Shown: positions 13,085 through 26,049, numbered from the stretch's first letter. The stretch: DNA of 64,000 bases from Camelus ferus (GCF_009834535.1 NC_045696.1:114082001-114146000), one strand, 5' to 3'. A program made the numbers and translations. Notes: generated by a model not told the origin, from the sequence alone.

Positions 13085-13915
13085 AAGACAACCTATTCCA
13101 AATGGGCAAAAGATACTTCAAAAAGGAAACTGTATGAATGGGAATATAAAGCACGTGAAAAAAGCACATGCTCATCATAAGTCATCACAGAAATGCAAAA
13201 TAAAACCACAGTGAGATACCACTACACACCCATCCAAATGGCTGCAACTAAAACGGTTGACAATCCTAAGTGTTAACAAGGATGTGGAACAACCAGAACT
13301 CTCATCCATTGCTGGTGGGAATGTCAATGATATACAACCACTTTGGGCAACTGTTTGGCAGTTTCTTATAAAGTTAAATACAAATTTACTAAACGACACA
13401 GTAATTCCACTCCAAGGTATTTACCCAAGAGAAATGAAAATATATGCCCAAGAAAGAATTGTTCACAGTAATGATAACAACTTTGTTCAGAATAGTTCCA
13501 AAGTGGAAACAGCCCAAATGTCCCTCAGTAGGAGAATGGATAAACCACTGTGGTATGTCCTTACATGTAATAACATGAGTCAATCTCAGAAGCATCCTGT
13601 GGAGAAAAAGCCAGACCCAAAAAGTCTCCATGGTATGATTCCATTTATAGGAACTCTAGAGCAGGTGAAATTAATCTAAAGTGACCAAAAGAAGATAGGT
13701 GTTTGCCTGGGGCTGAGAGATCAGGTGTGGGGAAAGTTAACTACAAAAGGGCAGGAGGAAGCTTTCGGGGGTGATGAGTAATGGTTATTATGTATCTCGA
13801 CCTTGGAGATATTTGCACAGGCATACATTGTCAAAACCCTTTTCACTGTATACTTAAGGTGGATGACTTTTATTCTATGAAATTATACTTCAGAAAAGTT
13901 GATTTAGAAAGAAAA
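13085..13915 (+). mobile_element. Old L1M (L1ME-like) ORF2 end plus 3'UTR
   Basis: 'gaaatgcaaaataaaaccacagtgagataccactacacaccc'; ORF 13257-13679 carries decayed ORF2p words (KDVEQPELSSIAGGNV, IPLQGIYPREMK). Confidence 0.85.
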
Positions 13916-14591
13916 ACTATATGCCTGATGAAAAATACTGAAACAGAAAATGTCCTTGATTCACTCATCATTCGTTCAGCTCCCCTGGAAGGCAGATCAG
14001 AAAAGGTTTTATGAGAAGAAGAGAAAAACTCGAGATATGATTCCTGAGATGCAGTGTTCCGGAAGGAAGTTTGGGTGTCCTGCTACTTTGTTGACATCAT
14101 TTGGGTCACGGGGTGGCTGGAGGAAGAGGAGCCAGTGTGACACGGGAGGTGGGAAGGGAGGGAGGCTAAACCAGACGCTTGCTGTACAATGGCCCCTGAT
14201 GATGACTGGTGGAGAGCCATTCATTCTATTGTTACATTTCTACAATAATTATTTTGTCTTTAGTTTTTCAATGCGTTGAACTTAAACGCAGTGAGAAAGA
14301 GAATGTCAGGAAAAAAAAATAGAAAGGTGGAGTGGGATAGGGTGAGGGGCCCGGAAACATTCAGACAATGACCGCTTAATTATGTTGTAAATAATTTACT
14401 GCTGAGAAAGAAGAATGGCCAAGCCCTTAAAGGAGTAGGGAGGAGGGGGCTGGGGTGATTCAGAGCTCTGGAAAGCCGGTGTGCCACTGCTGCTGAATCT
14501 TGTATGTTTTTTACGAGTGTGTCAAAGAGCTCTTGGAAGGGCTGTCCCTCAGTGTATTTAATTTAGCATTTATACCTTCCATAACAAACTA

Positions 14592-14755
14592 TAGCCATGG
14601 CTTTCAAACGCAAGGGTGCACGAGACACCTGTGATGAAATGCAGATTCCTGGGCCCCTCCCAAGACTCTGTTTCTATTAGTTGAGGATCAGATCAGCATT
14701 TTATCCCATGTGGTTTGGATACATTTTCTCCATAGATTGCACTTAGCAGACCTAG
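14592..14755. mobile_element. MER5-type MITE
   Basis: 'gaaatgcagattcctgggcccctcccaagac'. Confidence 0.55.
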
Positions 14756-14879
14756 CAGATTAGGGGTGAGAATGAGAAAGCATAATCTTGATGACCATAC
14801 TGACTCCAGAGAAAGGAAAGACAGAAATGACCAAAAGAAATCTTAGATTCAGAAAAGCATCAGTATCTGTTTCACTAGC

Positions 14880-15300
14880 GGGGGGTGTGTGTGGAGTGTA
14901 AGAGAGAGATTAGGAGGTTGGGGGCCTTCTGATGTAGGGAACATACGCTTTGCGACTTATCACACTGACCCAGACCTGGTTTTAAGGATCTTCTTTCTAC
15001 CAGCATATGCCTCAAATCCTTTTTCCCAAAGCCCATCCAATCGGTAGCAAATGTGAAACATTTGCTGGCCTGTCCACCTAATCCATCATAGTACAATACA
15101 AAAAGATATGAAGAGACTGGGTGGATAAGGGAAATCAATACCCGTTTCCTGTTCTTTACCTTGAGATCCTTTGTCTGGTTTCAGTATGTCTTCAACAGAA
15201 TAAGAAACATAGCTTGAATTCCCAATCAAAATCAGATAAAACGCAGGCGATAAGACGTCGTGTCTCTCCTTCCCACAGATAAGACATCTGAGTTATAGCA
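14880..15300. promoter_or_regulatory. Candidate GATA-motif enhancer/promoter
   Basis: AGATAA 15234-15239, CGATAA 15248-15253, AGATAA 15277-15282, E-box CATCTG 15285-15290, TTATCA 14957-14962; local CpG retention in non-repeat DNA. Confidence 0.4.
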
Positions 15301-16472
15301 GGGCCAAATGGTCTGAGCCCACTGCAGTTTTTTAATGATTAGAGGCTTATGTGCCTCGTAGTAATTTATACACTTAATCATAAACTATTTCAAAACAAAA
15401 TAAATATTCCAACAATAGAATGTTAGCAAATTAAGCAAAAAATTAATTATCCACAAATTACAGGTAATCCTATATACTTTCCAATTCAGATGGCAATTTT
15501 CTTCTAAAATCCCTGAATACAATTAAACTGTATTTACCTGGCCAAATATAAATATATTTACACTTTCCACTTTACCTATTTGGCAAATGGAACAAAAAGT
15601 TAGTTCATTAGTAATTTCTAACCTGATGGCCTCATAAAACAGTCTGCAGGATGTTTTATAAATTGCCTTTACTTTAAAGTGGTCTCTGATTTTTTTATGA
15701 TAAATCATGTTTAAAAAAGTATATAGATCTCTTATCTAGACACTGAGAAAATGTCATGCTTATTATGCAGAAATTATATTTTTTTCAAGTAAATTATAAT
15801 AAGGATTAAGCAAAATAATCAACAGAGCATTTTATTTTCAGTGTGACATTAGAGGCATCATACCTAAGTCATTTCTTCAAAATGGTCATATGGTGAAAGC
15901 GAAACCCTTTTCCTTAGCCTTTGTATAGAAATGTGTTTAGTACTGTACTTGTAGACAGGATCAATAAAGTTATAGGAGACCATAAGAAAAAAAGATGGAG
16001 AAAGAAAGCTTATTTACAGCAGGTCTAATAAAGCTGTGTGCCTGCCTGACATCCCCTGTTCCTACCTGCAGGTGGGTATCAACACTTAATGTGTGATTAA
16101 TGTTGGCGTCCTATCATTTTGTTTATCATTATAAAGCAAGGGTTGGACCCTCAAATTGTTGCCAATAAAAGAGAGAATTTCCTAACATCCAGGTCCTCAC
16201 AGTGTTTCTCCTATTATGAGGGTCTCTCTCTCAATTTTTAAATTTTGAACCAAAAACTATTTGGGAATGAGCTGTTAGCCTGAAATCACTCTCCTTCACA
16301 TGAGCCTTAGACGCTGATAGAAGTCACTTGATGAATGAGTTAAAAATTTTACAAGGAGGCAGAGAATTTTAACACAGCGATAATTGTCATTACTGGGAGT
16401 ATGACTCCATAAACACCTGTAATAGATATCATTGTACAACGTTCTTTAAAATTACTTTAAAGAGCAATTCAA

Positions 16473-16786
16473 TATCTGCAAATCTCGAACTCCCAATTTA
16501 TCCCTTCCCACTCCCTTCGAGATTTGCAGATAGTAACAAATATATATATATACAATAGATAAATAGCAAGTTCATACTGTATAGTACAGGGAACTACATT
16601 CAATATCTTGTAGTAACTTGTGAAAAAGAATATGAAAACAAATATATGTATGTTCATGTATGACTGAAGCATTATGTTGTACACCAGAAATTAACACATT
16701 ATAAATTAACTATACTTCAATAAACATATATATATACAGAAGCCACCCTCAAAACCCATCCAAAACAAAAAAAAAGAAACGTAGCC
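16473..16786 (+). mobile_element. L1 3'UTR fragment with inverted 5' segment
   Basis: 16473-16515 is antisense L1 3'UTR; from 16516 the 3'UTR is sense and runs to an A-rich tail. Confidence 0.85.
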
Positions 16787-17139
16787 CCTCCCCAATTTAC
16801 AATCACCCCTATAGAACATTCATGGAATTAGTCGTCTTTGCTCCTAATTTGGGGAAAGATGAAAAAAAAAATTGTTTTTAAGAGAATGTATCATCCTGCT
16901 AAAAAAAGGCGTCATTAGCAAGTTTGATTACCTCCTCTTCTCACTTTGGGGCAGAGAGAGTGACCAGGAAGGAGCAGCTTGAGTAATTTCACCTGGGAAG
17001 TTATTAAAGACTGATGAGCCCAGACTCTGGGCTGGGAGCTCTGCACCCACGGCCCCTCCCATCCCTTTACCACGTTAATGCACACGGGCTGCCCGCGTGC
17101 TTTCATTCCCAATAAAGCCAGCATCTGTGTCTTTGTCTA

Positions 17140-17498
17140 AGTGTTGCCCCAGTGGCTGGAATTCAGTTTGCCTACACTTGGGGAGCTGGGATGTCCAGGC
17201 ATTTAAGTTCTCCCAGAGGCAGTCCCTACCCCCCTGATGGGTCTGGGGTATAAATATGCCAGTTTCCTTGCCCCTTGATGGGGACAACTCTCAGGATGTA
17301 TCTGTACTGTCGCTAAAGCTCCCCTGTAGAATTGAGCCAAAGTGACCAGCTGTAGGACATTTCTTAATAGCCTTGCTGGCCTCCTTCCTTTCCTGATCTT
17401 TTATCTCTACTGGTTCGTTCTGGGAACATTTCCTAATAAATCACTTTAACACGAATCTTCACGTCAGGGTCCATTTTTTGGGAACCCCTCCTGAGACA
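17140..17498 (+). mobile_element. ERVL-class solo LTR (LTR33/LTR16-like)
   Basis: 'ggggtataaatatgccagtttccttgcccc...gggacaactct...cctaataaatcactt...gggaacccctcctgagaca'. Confidence 0.65.
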
Positions 17499-17607
17499 GG
17501 CAGTTCATTGCAGACCCTTGTGATTCCTTGCCTGGGTCCTTGGAGGTCAGCCCACACACCTGAATAAAATGGGCACCAGCCCTGGAGCGGGTAATGAGAC
17601 GGGCTTT

Positions 17608-18004
17608 ACTTTTTTAGTGGTTGCTGCCCAGATCTCTCCTTCAGGACCTACACACTCATTTCCCCAGCTGCTGGGAAACTTGGCAGCTCCCGTCCTACTC
17701 TGTAAACTGTCTTTAGCCAAAAGATCACCCTCATGGCATGGCTGGTCAACGTGGGAGTTCAAAGGCCAGGCCCCCTGGGTTCTGGCTCCGTGTGAGACAA
17801 CTCCGAAGGGCCATCCCACTTCCAGAGCTCCTGTGGCATCAGCTGTTGACTCTGTTGCAATTTGCTGTAACCCAGTTTCTCCCTCTTCCCCACACCCTGC
17901 CTTTCTTCCTCCCCGCAAGTCTTCTCAAGGGCATTCTTCCATAAAACCCTTGCTCGTGAATCTCTATCTCAAAATCTGTTTCCTGGGGACACTGACCTAA
18001 GACA
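17608..18004 (+). mobile_element. ERVL-class solo LTR (LTR16A-like)
   Basis: 'gagacaactccgaagggccatccc..ttccagagctcc...gaatctctatctcaaaatctgtttcctgggga..tgacctaagaca'. Confidence 0.75.
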
Positions 18005-18634
18005 TTCTTCAACCCTGAGAGAGAAAAAAGGGAGGCCTGAACTCCATGGTTTAGAGATGTACGAAAACAAAGTCTCAGAGAAGTGGCTTGCCCCAGGTCA
18101 CACAGCCGGTAACGACTGACTCGAACCACCTGGGTTGGAATCTGAGTCCTTTTCCACTTGCACAAAGAAACCCCAAAATATGTGGCTAAATTTTATTTTC
18201 AAAGATCAGTAGTGAGTTGTTTTTATTTTCATTATTTAATGGTATATTAAAATACCTTCTTTTATTTACTTCTTTTTCTTTACTTCTCATGAAAACAAAC
18301 ACTAAATTCTCTTCAAGATGATGGACCAAATTCACCTTTTCTTTACTAAATACAACTTCTTTTTATTTGTGCTCTCACCAAGATTAAAACAGGAGTAATC
18401 TGGCAGTCTAGACTCAGAACAACAGTCAAAGCAATACTGTGTGCTCTTAGGATAAGCTCCTGTAAGTTGGAAGAAAGTTTCCATCATGTACAAATGATAA
18501 TATTTCCCTTTGGAGCAGATGCCCAAGAGAACAAACAGCAGCTTCGTGGGAGAACATTCATGAGCTCTCCAGACAAGTTTCTGTCACCTACAGTTAATGA
18601 CAGAAGAGACCCATGGAGCTGAACACTGTGCACA

Positions 18635-18635
<1 letters not shown>

Positions 18636-18675
<40 letters not shown>
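18636..18675. repeat. (CA)n microsatellite
   Basis: About 20 CA units, seen directly. Confidence 0.95.
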
Positions 18676-18682
<7 letters not shown>

Positions 18683-19192
18683 CATACACACAGCGGATCC
18701 TCTCCTCCCTTCACCAACTCATGTCTGGCTCTGTCAACTTATGAGCAAATAGGACTGAATGAAAAATGTTCATTAAGTTATCTATTGTGACTAGCTGTGC
18801 TATGGCTGCAGAAAATGAATAGGATTATGCCTGGTGTTTTGCCAGATATGACATAGTATTAATAAAAAGAAAGCCATAATCTCCTCTGCCGTGAAGCCTT
18901 AGAAGAAAATAAATTCTGAAAAAGTGTGCTTGATAACATTGAAAATTATGTCTACAGTACTTTATAGATATTTATTAAATGCATTTCATTAGGACTGTCG
19001 GGATGGGAGAGGAAGTCATAGAAGGGAAAAAAATGAAATGTAGGAATACAGTTTGGGGGGCAAGAATGAGACAGTGAGATTGATAAAGGGGGCAGACCTG
19101 CTGTTGATTGATTTTCCCCAATTTGATTGATTTTCTGACCTACTGTGGCAATTCTTCTCTCTTGAGTTTATATATAAGGAGATAATCAAGTT

Positions 19193-19381
19193 CCACTGCT
19201 GTCCAATAGAACTTTCCTACATCTGCCACGTCCAACGTCATGGTCAGTAGCCACATGTGGCTGTTGAGCACTTGAAATGTGACTCCTGCAACCGAGGAAC
19301 TGAATATTAATTTTAATTAATTTAAATTAAATTTAAAGACCTTCACGGAGCCAGTGGCTACTGCACTGGACTGTGCAGCCT
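19193..19381. mobile_element. MER3-like hAT MITE
   Basis: 'ctgtccaatagaactttc...agccacatgtggctgttgagcacttgaaatgtg...ccagtggctactgcactggac'. Confidence 0.75.
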
Positions 19382-19794
19382 ACAATTATGCATCAAGTGA
19401 AAGTTGTATTTCCTAACACTTATCATCAAAGTTCCTTTTAGGTATGAAAATGCCTTCAGGATGACCTATGGTAAGCTCATTTGGGATATGTTTTCCACTT
19501 TATATGTATTAGCATATTTAGTTCCCTGTTTAACTCAGTGAGATAGTTATTATTATTAACCCTATTGTAGGAGACAACAAGTCTGAGGTACAAAGAGGGA
19601 AAGGAATTGGTCAAGAGTCACATAGTAAGTAGAAATCCAAAGACATGGCTGTTTGTAGGTGCTAAGGCGTCGTGGTAGAAGGACAAACTGCTGGGTCTGA
19701 ATTAAAGAAAGATCTGAAAAGATGTAAGCAGAGTGAGAAAGGTGGAGTCTGGAACTCTGGGGTAAAATGCCCATGGTGCTACAGGGAACGGACT

Positions 19795-20005
19795 AGAGTG
19801 GTGCTATAAACATGGCAGCCAATAACCACGTATGGCTGTTTAAGTTTAAATACATTACAGTTCAACAAATGAAAAATTCAGTTTCTCAGTCATGCTGGCC
19901 ACATTTCAAGTGCTCAAAAGCCACCTGTGGCTAGTAATGACTGTATTAGACAGTGCCGAGGTAGACTATCTCCATCACCATAGAAAGTTCTATGGGTCAG
20001 GACTG
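19795..20005. mobile_element. MER3-like hAT MITE, opposite orientation to the 19193 copy
   Basis: 'ccacatttcaagtgctcaaaagccacctgtggctag...agaaagttctatgg'. Confidence 0.75.
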
Positions 20006-20539
20006 AGTCAAAGAATAGTTTAGGATGGAGGTGGTGAAAACGCTGATGTAAGGTAAATGCTCTCTTTCGTCTTTCCCCAAATTGACAGCAAAGACCACTA
20101 ATTTCAGGAATGTTCTGTAGGGGTAAGTGTAAATTAGGAAGGGGCTACATTTTTGCCTAGGTCAACATGACTTGGTAAATAAGATGTATTTCAAAAGCAA
20201 GAAGTTAGAGCCTGAATTGGTCACATAAAGTTGCAAGAAGTATTGTTGGGGTCAGAGGGGGCTTGAACTCCCTCCCATAAACTGTGGAATTAGGGGAGTG
20301 CTGGTGGTTTGAACCAGTTCTAACTAAGATTTGTGGATCTGTAACCCTCCTCCCTCCAGCTGACAGTATTCACATGACCACGCACAGTGTGAAAAGGAGA
20401 ATTATATTCTACTCTGTTCTTGATCTTGGAGTCTTTAAAACATTAGTTGAGTTTTACTGGAAGCCACACTTTGTGGTCAGTTTGTATCCATCCATCCTGT
20501 TATTGATTTTAAGTCAACACACATGACATTCCTGGCTCT

Positions 20540-20760
20540 AAATACTAATAATAGTGGCTAGCAATCTAAGTGCAAAACACTGTTTCCAGCATTTTATATT
20601 TATTACATTTATTTAATCCTCAGATTAACTCAGTGAAATAGTTACTGTTATCCCCATTTTAGAGGCAGTGAATCCAAGGCACAAGAGATTAAGTAGGGTA
20701 GTTTACCATGACTCATATACTAAGTAAGGGAGGCAGGGTTTGAATAAATTTGTACCTAGA
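20540..20760 (-). mobile_element. MIR SINE
   Basis: 'atttaatcctca...ttatccccattttagaggcagtgaatccaaggcacaagagattaagta'. Confidence 0.65.
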
Positions 20761-22289
20761 CGTCAATTAACATACTTCTTATGCTTTAGTAGGCAGATAA
20801 CTAGAGTGTCTTTTGGCTTGTTGGCTTGGCCCCTGAATCTCATTCTTGTGTGTTGTCTTCATGGATACTTCATGGCGGGAAGAGCCAGCTCTGGGGGTAA
20901 ATTTAAGGTGTTAAACCATGTGCCTGTGATCTCTGGGCATGTGGCACTGGAGAACTGAAGAATTTCAGGGATGTCCTTAACTCCTCGTAACTCTGAAGGT
21001 ACCAATCTCTACCCTTTGGGTGGGAAATACAAGTATTCTTTACTAACTGTGCGGCTTTTCAAGGAACTGGCTGCCAAGCTACTGAGAATAGCTGCATGTT
21101 CTGTGAACATCTGGTTGACCCCATTTCACCAGTTCTCTTCGAGAGAGGGGAACAAGGAGCAGCAACATAAGCCATCTATAATTAATTGCACATGATAAAC
21201 TTGCAGACTGGTAATTCTGGGGTGAACTTCAGCAGCCATCTGGGGCTGACATCCTCAGTGGCTGGGCTGCACACCATGCTTCAGAGTCATTCAGGAAGAT
21301 TTTTAAATGCACAGAGGCCAGGACCTACCCCTGGAGACTCTGGCTCAATAGGTCTGTGGCAGGAGACCTACTGTTATAGAAATTAGACAGATAATACATG
21401 AATCATCACTGTGGGGACAGTAATTACATTAACTGCCTTCCTTTTTCTCTCCACTTGGCAGGTAATGATGCTGCAAGACACAATATTTTACTGACTGTAA
21501 ATACTGTACTTTGAGGAGATGCCCATTCGAAAGAAATTCATTGGTCACCTTTGGAGGATGTTAGAGAAACAAGTAATTACTGAAAAGTCTGCCAAATAAA
21601 GGGGGAAATCATGTATTCATCCCACTTTCCATATACCAACACTGTCAGGAAAGTTAAATAGCTGTTTAGGGAAAATTTCTCTTTACCGAAATATTACCTC
21701 CAGTAAGTAAAGGAAGAATGTTACAATTCTGCTCTGTCTTGACCTTCCCTTTCTCTTATTCTGTCTGACCATTCTGTCACTCCTAATAAATCAATGGCTC
21801 TAGGCAATGGTCATTAATAGCTGTGCACTACACAAAATGGGCCTCCTGGTGGATGTACACAACACCACGTGGAAAGTGTTCTTATCAAAAACTTAAACTA
21901 GAATCTCATCAAGTCTCTAAAGCTCAATTCATAGAAGATTTAGAAGACAGAGGAGTACACTAAATGACACCATTAGGACTCAATAATCAAAGTCCAGACT
22001 ATGAGAACTTCTAAAGGACAAATCATCCAAGTTCTTCATTAAATACATTGAGTAAGGGAAACAAGACAGAGGGGGAACCCATAGAGTAAAAGAGACTTGA
22101 GACAAATCAGTCAATTGAAAATGGATCTTGTTAGGCTCTTGATTCAATCACATATTTAAAAACATTTATATTGTTAATGTTCTTAGGCATGATAATTACG
22201 TTATAGCTATGTTTTTAGAGACACTGAAGTATTCATGGATGAAATGAATATAAATATCTATGAATAAAATAAAAAGGATTTGCTTTAAA

Positions 22290-22305
22290 TGCATTCCATG
22301 AATTT

Positions 22306-22401
<96 letters not shown>

Positions 22402-22540
22402 TTTTGGTGGAGGGAGGTAATTAGGTTTATTTATTTTTTAAATTTTATTTTTTATTTTTTTAATGGAAGTACTGGAGGTTGAACCCAGGACCTCATGCAT
22501 ACTAAGCATGAGCTCTACCACTGAGCTATACCCTCCCCTG
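22290..22540 (-). mobile_element. tRNA-derived SINE (Vic-1-like) with expanded (GAAA)n tail
   Basis: 'gggaggtaattaggtttattt...ggttgaacccaggacctcatgcatactaagcatgagctctaccactgagctataccctcccc'; perfect 16-bp TSD aaggatttgctttaaa at 22274-22289 and 22541-22556. Confidence 0.92.
22304..22399. repeat. (TTTC)24 microsatellite
   Basis: Seen directly. Confidence 0.95.
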
Positions 22541-22772
22541 AAGGATTTGCTTTAAAATAGCAAAGGGACATATTTTAAAATAGCACAGGAAGAAGGGACA
22601 TAGGTAAGGAGTTAGATGGAACAAGGTTAGTCCTAAGTTAATAACTGATGAAGCCAGATAATGGATACTGACAAGTCATTTCACTAATCTTTCAACTCTT
22701 GTATATGACTGAAATTGCTCATTAGAAAAAGTCAAAAATAAAAAATTGTGTCCAAAATTTAAGGCCTTATCT

Positions 22773-23000
22773 TGTGAGTCAGCCAAATTATGGCCCTCAG
22801 GTTAAATCCAGCCCACTGCTTGTTTTTGTGAATAAAATTTTATAAGAAAACAATAAACTACACCTATGCATTTACATATTGTCTCTGGCTGCTTTCACGC
22901 TACAAGGGAAGAGTTGTCCAGTTGCAGCAGAGAATGTGTGGCCTGTAAAAACTAAAATGTTTGTCACCTGGCTCTTGACAGAAAATATTTGCCATCCCTG
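22773..23000. mobile_element. MER58A-like hAT MITE
   Basis: 'caaattatggccctcaggttaaatccagccc...tttacatattgtctctggctgctttc...tttgccatccctg'. Confidence 0.75.
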
Positions 23001-23869
23001 GCTTAGAAGAAGTTGTAAACCGAAAAAGAATTAAGTACTAATTTTTTTGGTGTTTGGTTATTGTCATACATATCATTTTTATGTGTGTGTTTTCAAAAAT
23101 TTTTAGTGTTTTGAATACTGTTAGAAGGAATATGAGAATTAGAATATCATCATTCTGTAACTCTAATGAGTCCATGGATGCAGGCAATGGTTATCAACAG
23201 TAATAGTTCTAGGCCCTGGTCATCAGTGAATAATACATGAGAATATTGATGTAAAGTACAAGGCTATGTATGAATGAATACTTTAAGCCATGTCCTACAA
23301 AACATGTCCAGGTCATTTCAATGTCTGGTCCAAGTTTTAAACATCAATCTCCTTCCCCTTCATTATTCATATGAGAAAAAGAAGAGTTAAGTCACGGAAG
23401 AGATACCAAAATAAGGCACCCATTCAGTGACCCAAATATGTTTCATTGTGGGAGGAGTTCTTTTCCTCCTCTTGTAGTGTTCCGGAGTGGTTCTTATTTT
23501 TTGAAAAAGTGTATGAATCCTAGCAAGATGTGCTTTGCATCAGTTTTCTCTATCTCAATTCTGGTAGTTCCTGTAGACCATTTTGGTCAGTAAAATATTG
23601 TGTCTTGCAGCATCGTTACCTGCTAAGTGGAGAGAAAAAGGAAGGTAGTTAATATAATTACTGCCCCTGCAGTGGTGGTTCATATGCTACGTCTCTAATT
23701 TCTAAAGAACTGGGTGGTCCGGAGGGTGGAGTATGTTGTAATATTCCAGAGACTAGCTTTTCTGAAGGACACTTATATGGCTGGTTCAGGTAGTGGTTGA
23801 AGTTGCGAAGTGGGAGGGGAATGGTAGGGAAAAACAAAGGAATCTAGGGTTTGCATGAACTTCAGGGAT

Positions 23870-24070
23870 GTAATACTGGACTAGTTGAAAGGCTTGGAGC
23901 TGAAAGACTTGGTTCAAGCCCTGGCTTATTACACAGTGACTTTGGGCAAACTTAACCTTTCTGAACCCCCGTTTCCTCTGATGTAACAAGCTAACCTCAC
24001 AAGGTTGTTGTGAAAATTAAATAGAGTAATGTATGTGACAGAATTTTGTAACCTCTGTACTGCTAGGTAA
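23870..24070 (+). mobile_element. MIR SINE
   Basis: 'gtgactttgggcaaacttaacctttctgaaccccgtttcctc...cctcacaaggttgttgtgaaaattaaat'. Confidence 0.75.
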
Positions 24071-25091
24071 ATACAAGAGTTCATTACCTAGGCTCATTCA
24101 TTCTCCCAATGACCTAGATCCATCCTTGACAGGTGCCAAGTCCAGGAAGGTTAAAAGAAGCGTTTGGCTTCCTTGCAGATGGGTGCTTTTCACTGACCCT
24201 AGGCTGTAGCTCACTTTACCCTGCCTAGGCAATCCGTGATGTCTTTTTAGGCCAAATAGCTTCCTTTCTATTTACTCTCTGGTCTCCAGAAGCGTAAAAG
24301 GAAGGGGACTGGATAGGGTTTCAAGTAGAGGGAGCCGAGAATGAAAGCAGAAACAGAAGTTCAGGCTGCCACATACCTTTTTAAGAGGAAATATTTCTCT
24401 ATAATTTAGTGGAGAGAGTAAAACAAGCAGAAAATGTAATGTGTGAGAGAAAATAGAACTGAGAAGGAAGGAGGGAGGAATTCAGGCAGACATGCTAGCA
24501 GGTGGATGTGGACTGGTGTTCCGCAAGGCAGGACACGCCGGAGCCAAACGCATTTCTTTGCTGGCTTCTGTGCCAACCTCTGGGGTCCCCTCAGCCTATT
24601 TCCTCTTCTGGGCTGCATACAGAACTTAACAAAGCGCTATGCCCATAGCAAGAACACAATAAATATTTGTGGAATAAAGAATCCTTCTATTAAAGCTGGA
24701 TACCTTCTATTAAAGTTGGCTACACGTATTTCTTTCCTTCTGTCAAAGGATGTGGTAGCTCAGAGGAAGGCTGAGCCGTAAAAACAACATCAAGAACTCA
24801 GTCCAGGTCACGGTGATTCATTATCATCCCCTTTTCTCTGGCTTGGCCAGACATCATCACTACTTTTAAAGGTTCTGTACCTAGAGCATACAGCTACTGA
24901 CAGACTGAAGAACAGCCCAGAAACCACCGCTGTTGTCTAAAAATTTTGCGGACATGTATTTTGGACCTTTCATTGGCAGCTGAATTCTTGCCCTTGTATG
25001 CAGTCTAATTGCTCCTCAAAGCAAAGTATTTTTAATTGGTGCCTTCTTTCTACCTTGCCCACTTCTAAGTACATGAGTGAAAGCTTTGCTA

Positions 25092-25510
25092 CTTTATTTT
25101 TTTTATTGAAGTCTAGTTGATTTACAATGTTATGTTAGTTTCAGGCGTACAGCATAGCAATTCCGAATTTTCACAGATTATATTCCATTAAAAGTTATTA
25201 CAAAATAATGGTGATACTTCCCTGTGCTATGCAATAGATCCTTATTGCTTATCTATTTTACACATAGTGGTTTGTATATCTTAATCTTATGCCCCTAACT
25301 TGCCCCTCCCCTGTTCCCTCTCCCAGCTAGTACCCACTGATTCTTCATATTTGTGAGTCTGTTTCTGTTTTGTTATATACATTCATTTGGGTTTTTTTTT
25401 GTTTTATTTTTTAGATTCCACATATAGCTGATATCATACAGTATTGGTCTTTCTCTGACTTATTTCACTAAGCATAGTATTTTCTAGGTCCATCCATGTG
25501 GCTACAAAGG
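25092..25510 (-). mobile_element. L1 3'UTR / ORF2 end fragment
   Basis: 'tttattgaagtctagttgatttacaatg...tagattccacatat...tctaggtccatccatgt'. Confidence 0.85.
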
Positions 25511-25672
25511 GGAGTGAATGGCAGTAAGAGGTTTCTCCAGACGGTCGTTGCTGCATTAAGATTCTCTGATGTCCTAGATGTGAAACAACACTACAGACAT
25601 TAAACAATATCATAGCTATTAAATAAATTTTATGTGTTATATATCAAATACTGGGCAAGTTATGGGGATGGA

Positions 25673-25907
25673 ATATACAGCATGGTGACTACAATGAATA
25701 ATACTGTGCTGCAATATTTGAAAGCTGCTTAAAGAGTGGACCTGAAAAGTTTTCATCACAAGACAAGCATTTTGTAAGTATGTATGGTGACACATATCAA
25801 CTAGATTTACTATGGTGATCTTTTCACAAAATACACAAATATCAAATCATCATGTGTACACTTGAAACTAATACAATGTTATATGTCTATTATGTCTCAA
25901 TAAAAAA
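25673..25907 (+). mobile_element. L1MA-type 3'UTR
   Basis: 'tacagcatggtgactaca...tgtacacttgaaactaatacaatgttatatgtc...tctcaataaaaaa'. Confidence 0.8.
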
Positions 25908-26049
25908 TTGATTTGACAGGGTTATAAATAAATATGCAAAAAAAAAAAAAAAGTACAAAGAGGAGAGGACCAGTCTTGGAGGTTTAATACAGGTCCCCCA
26001 GTAATGGTTCTTTTTGAGAAATTTCTTGCCTAGAACCTACGTTAAATCA

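Larger units (their letters stand above)
21700..22740 (+). mobile_element. Old L1MC-type 3' region, interrupted by a SINE
   Basis: 'gaatctcatcaagtctcta...aaagtccagactatgagaacttcta', 'cactgaagtattcatggatgaaatg', 'ggatttgctttaaaata'. Confidence 0.6.
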
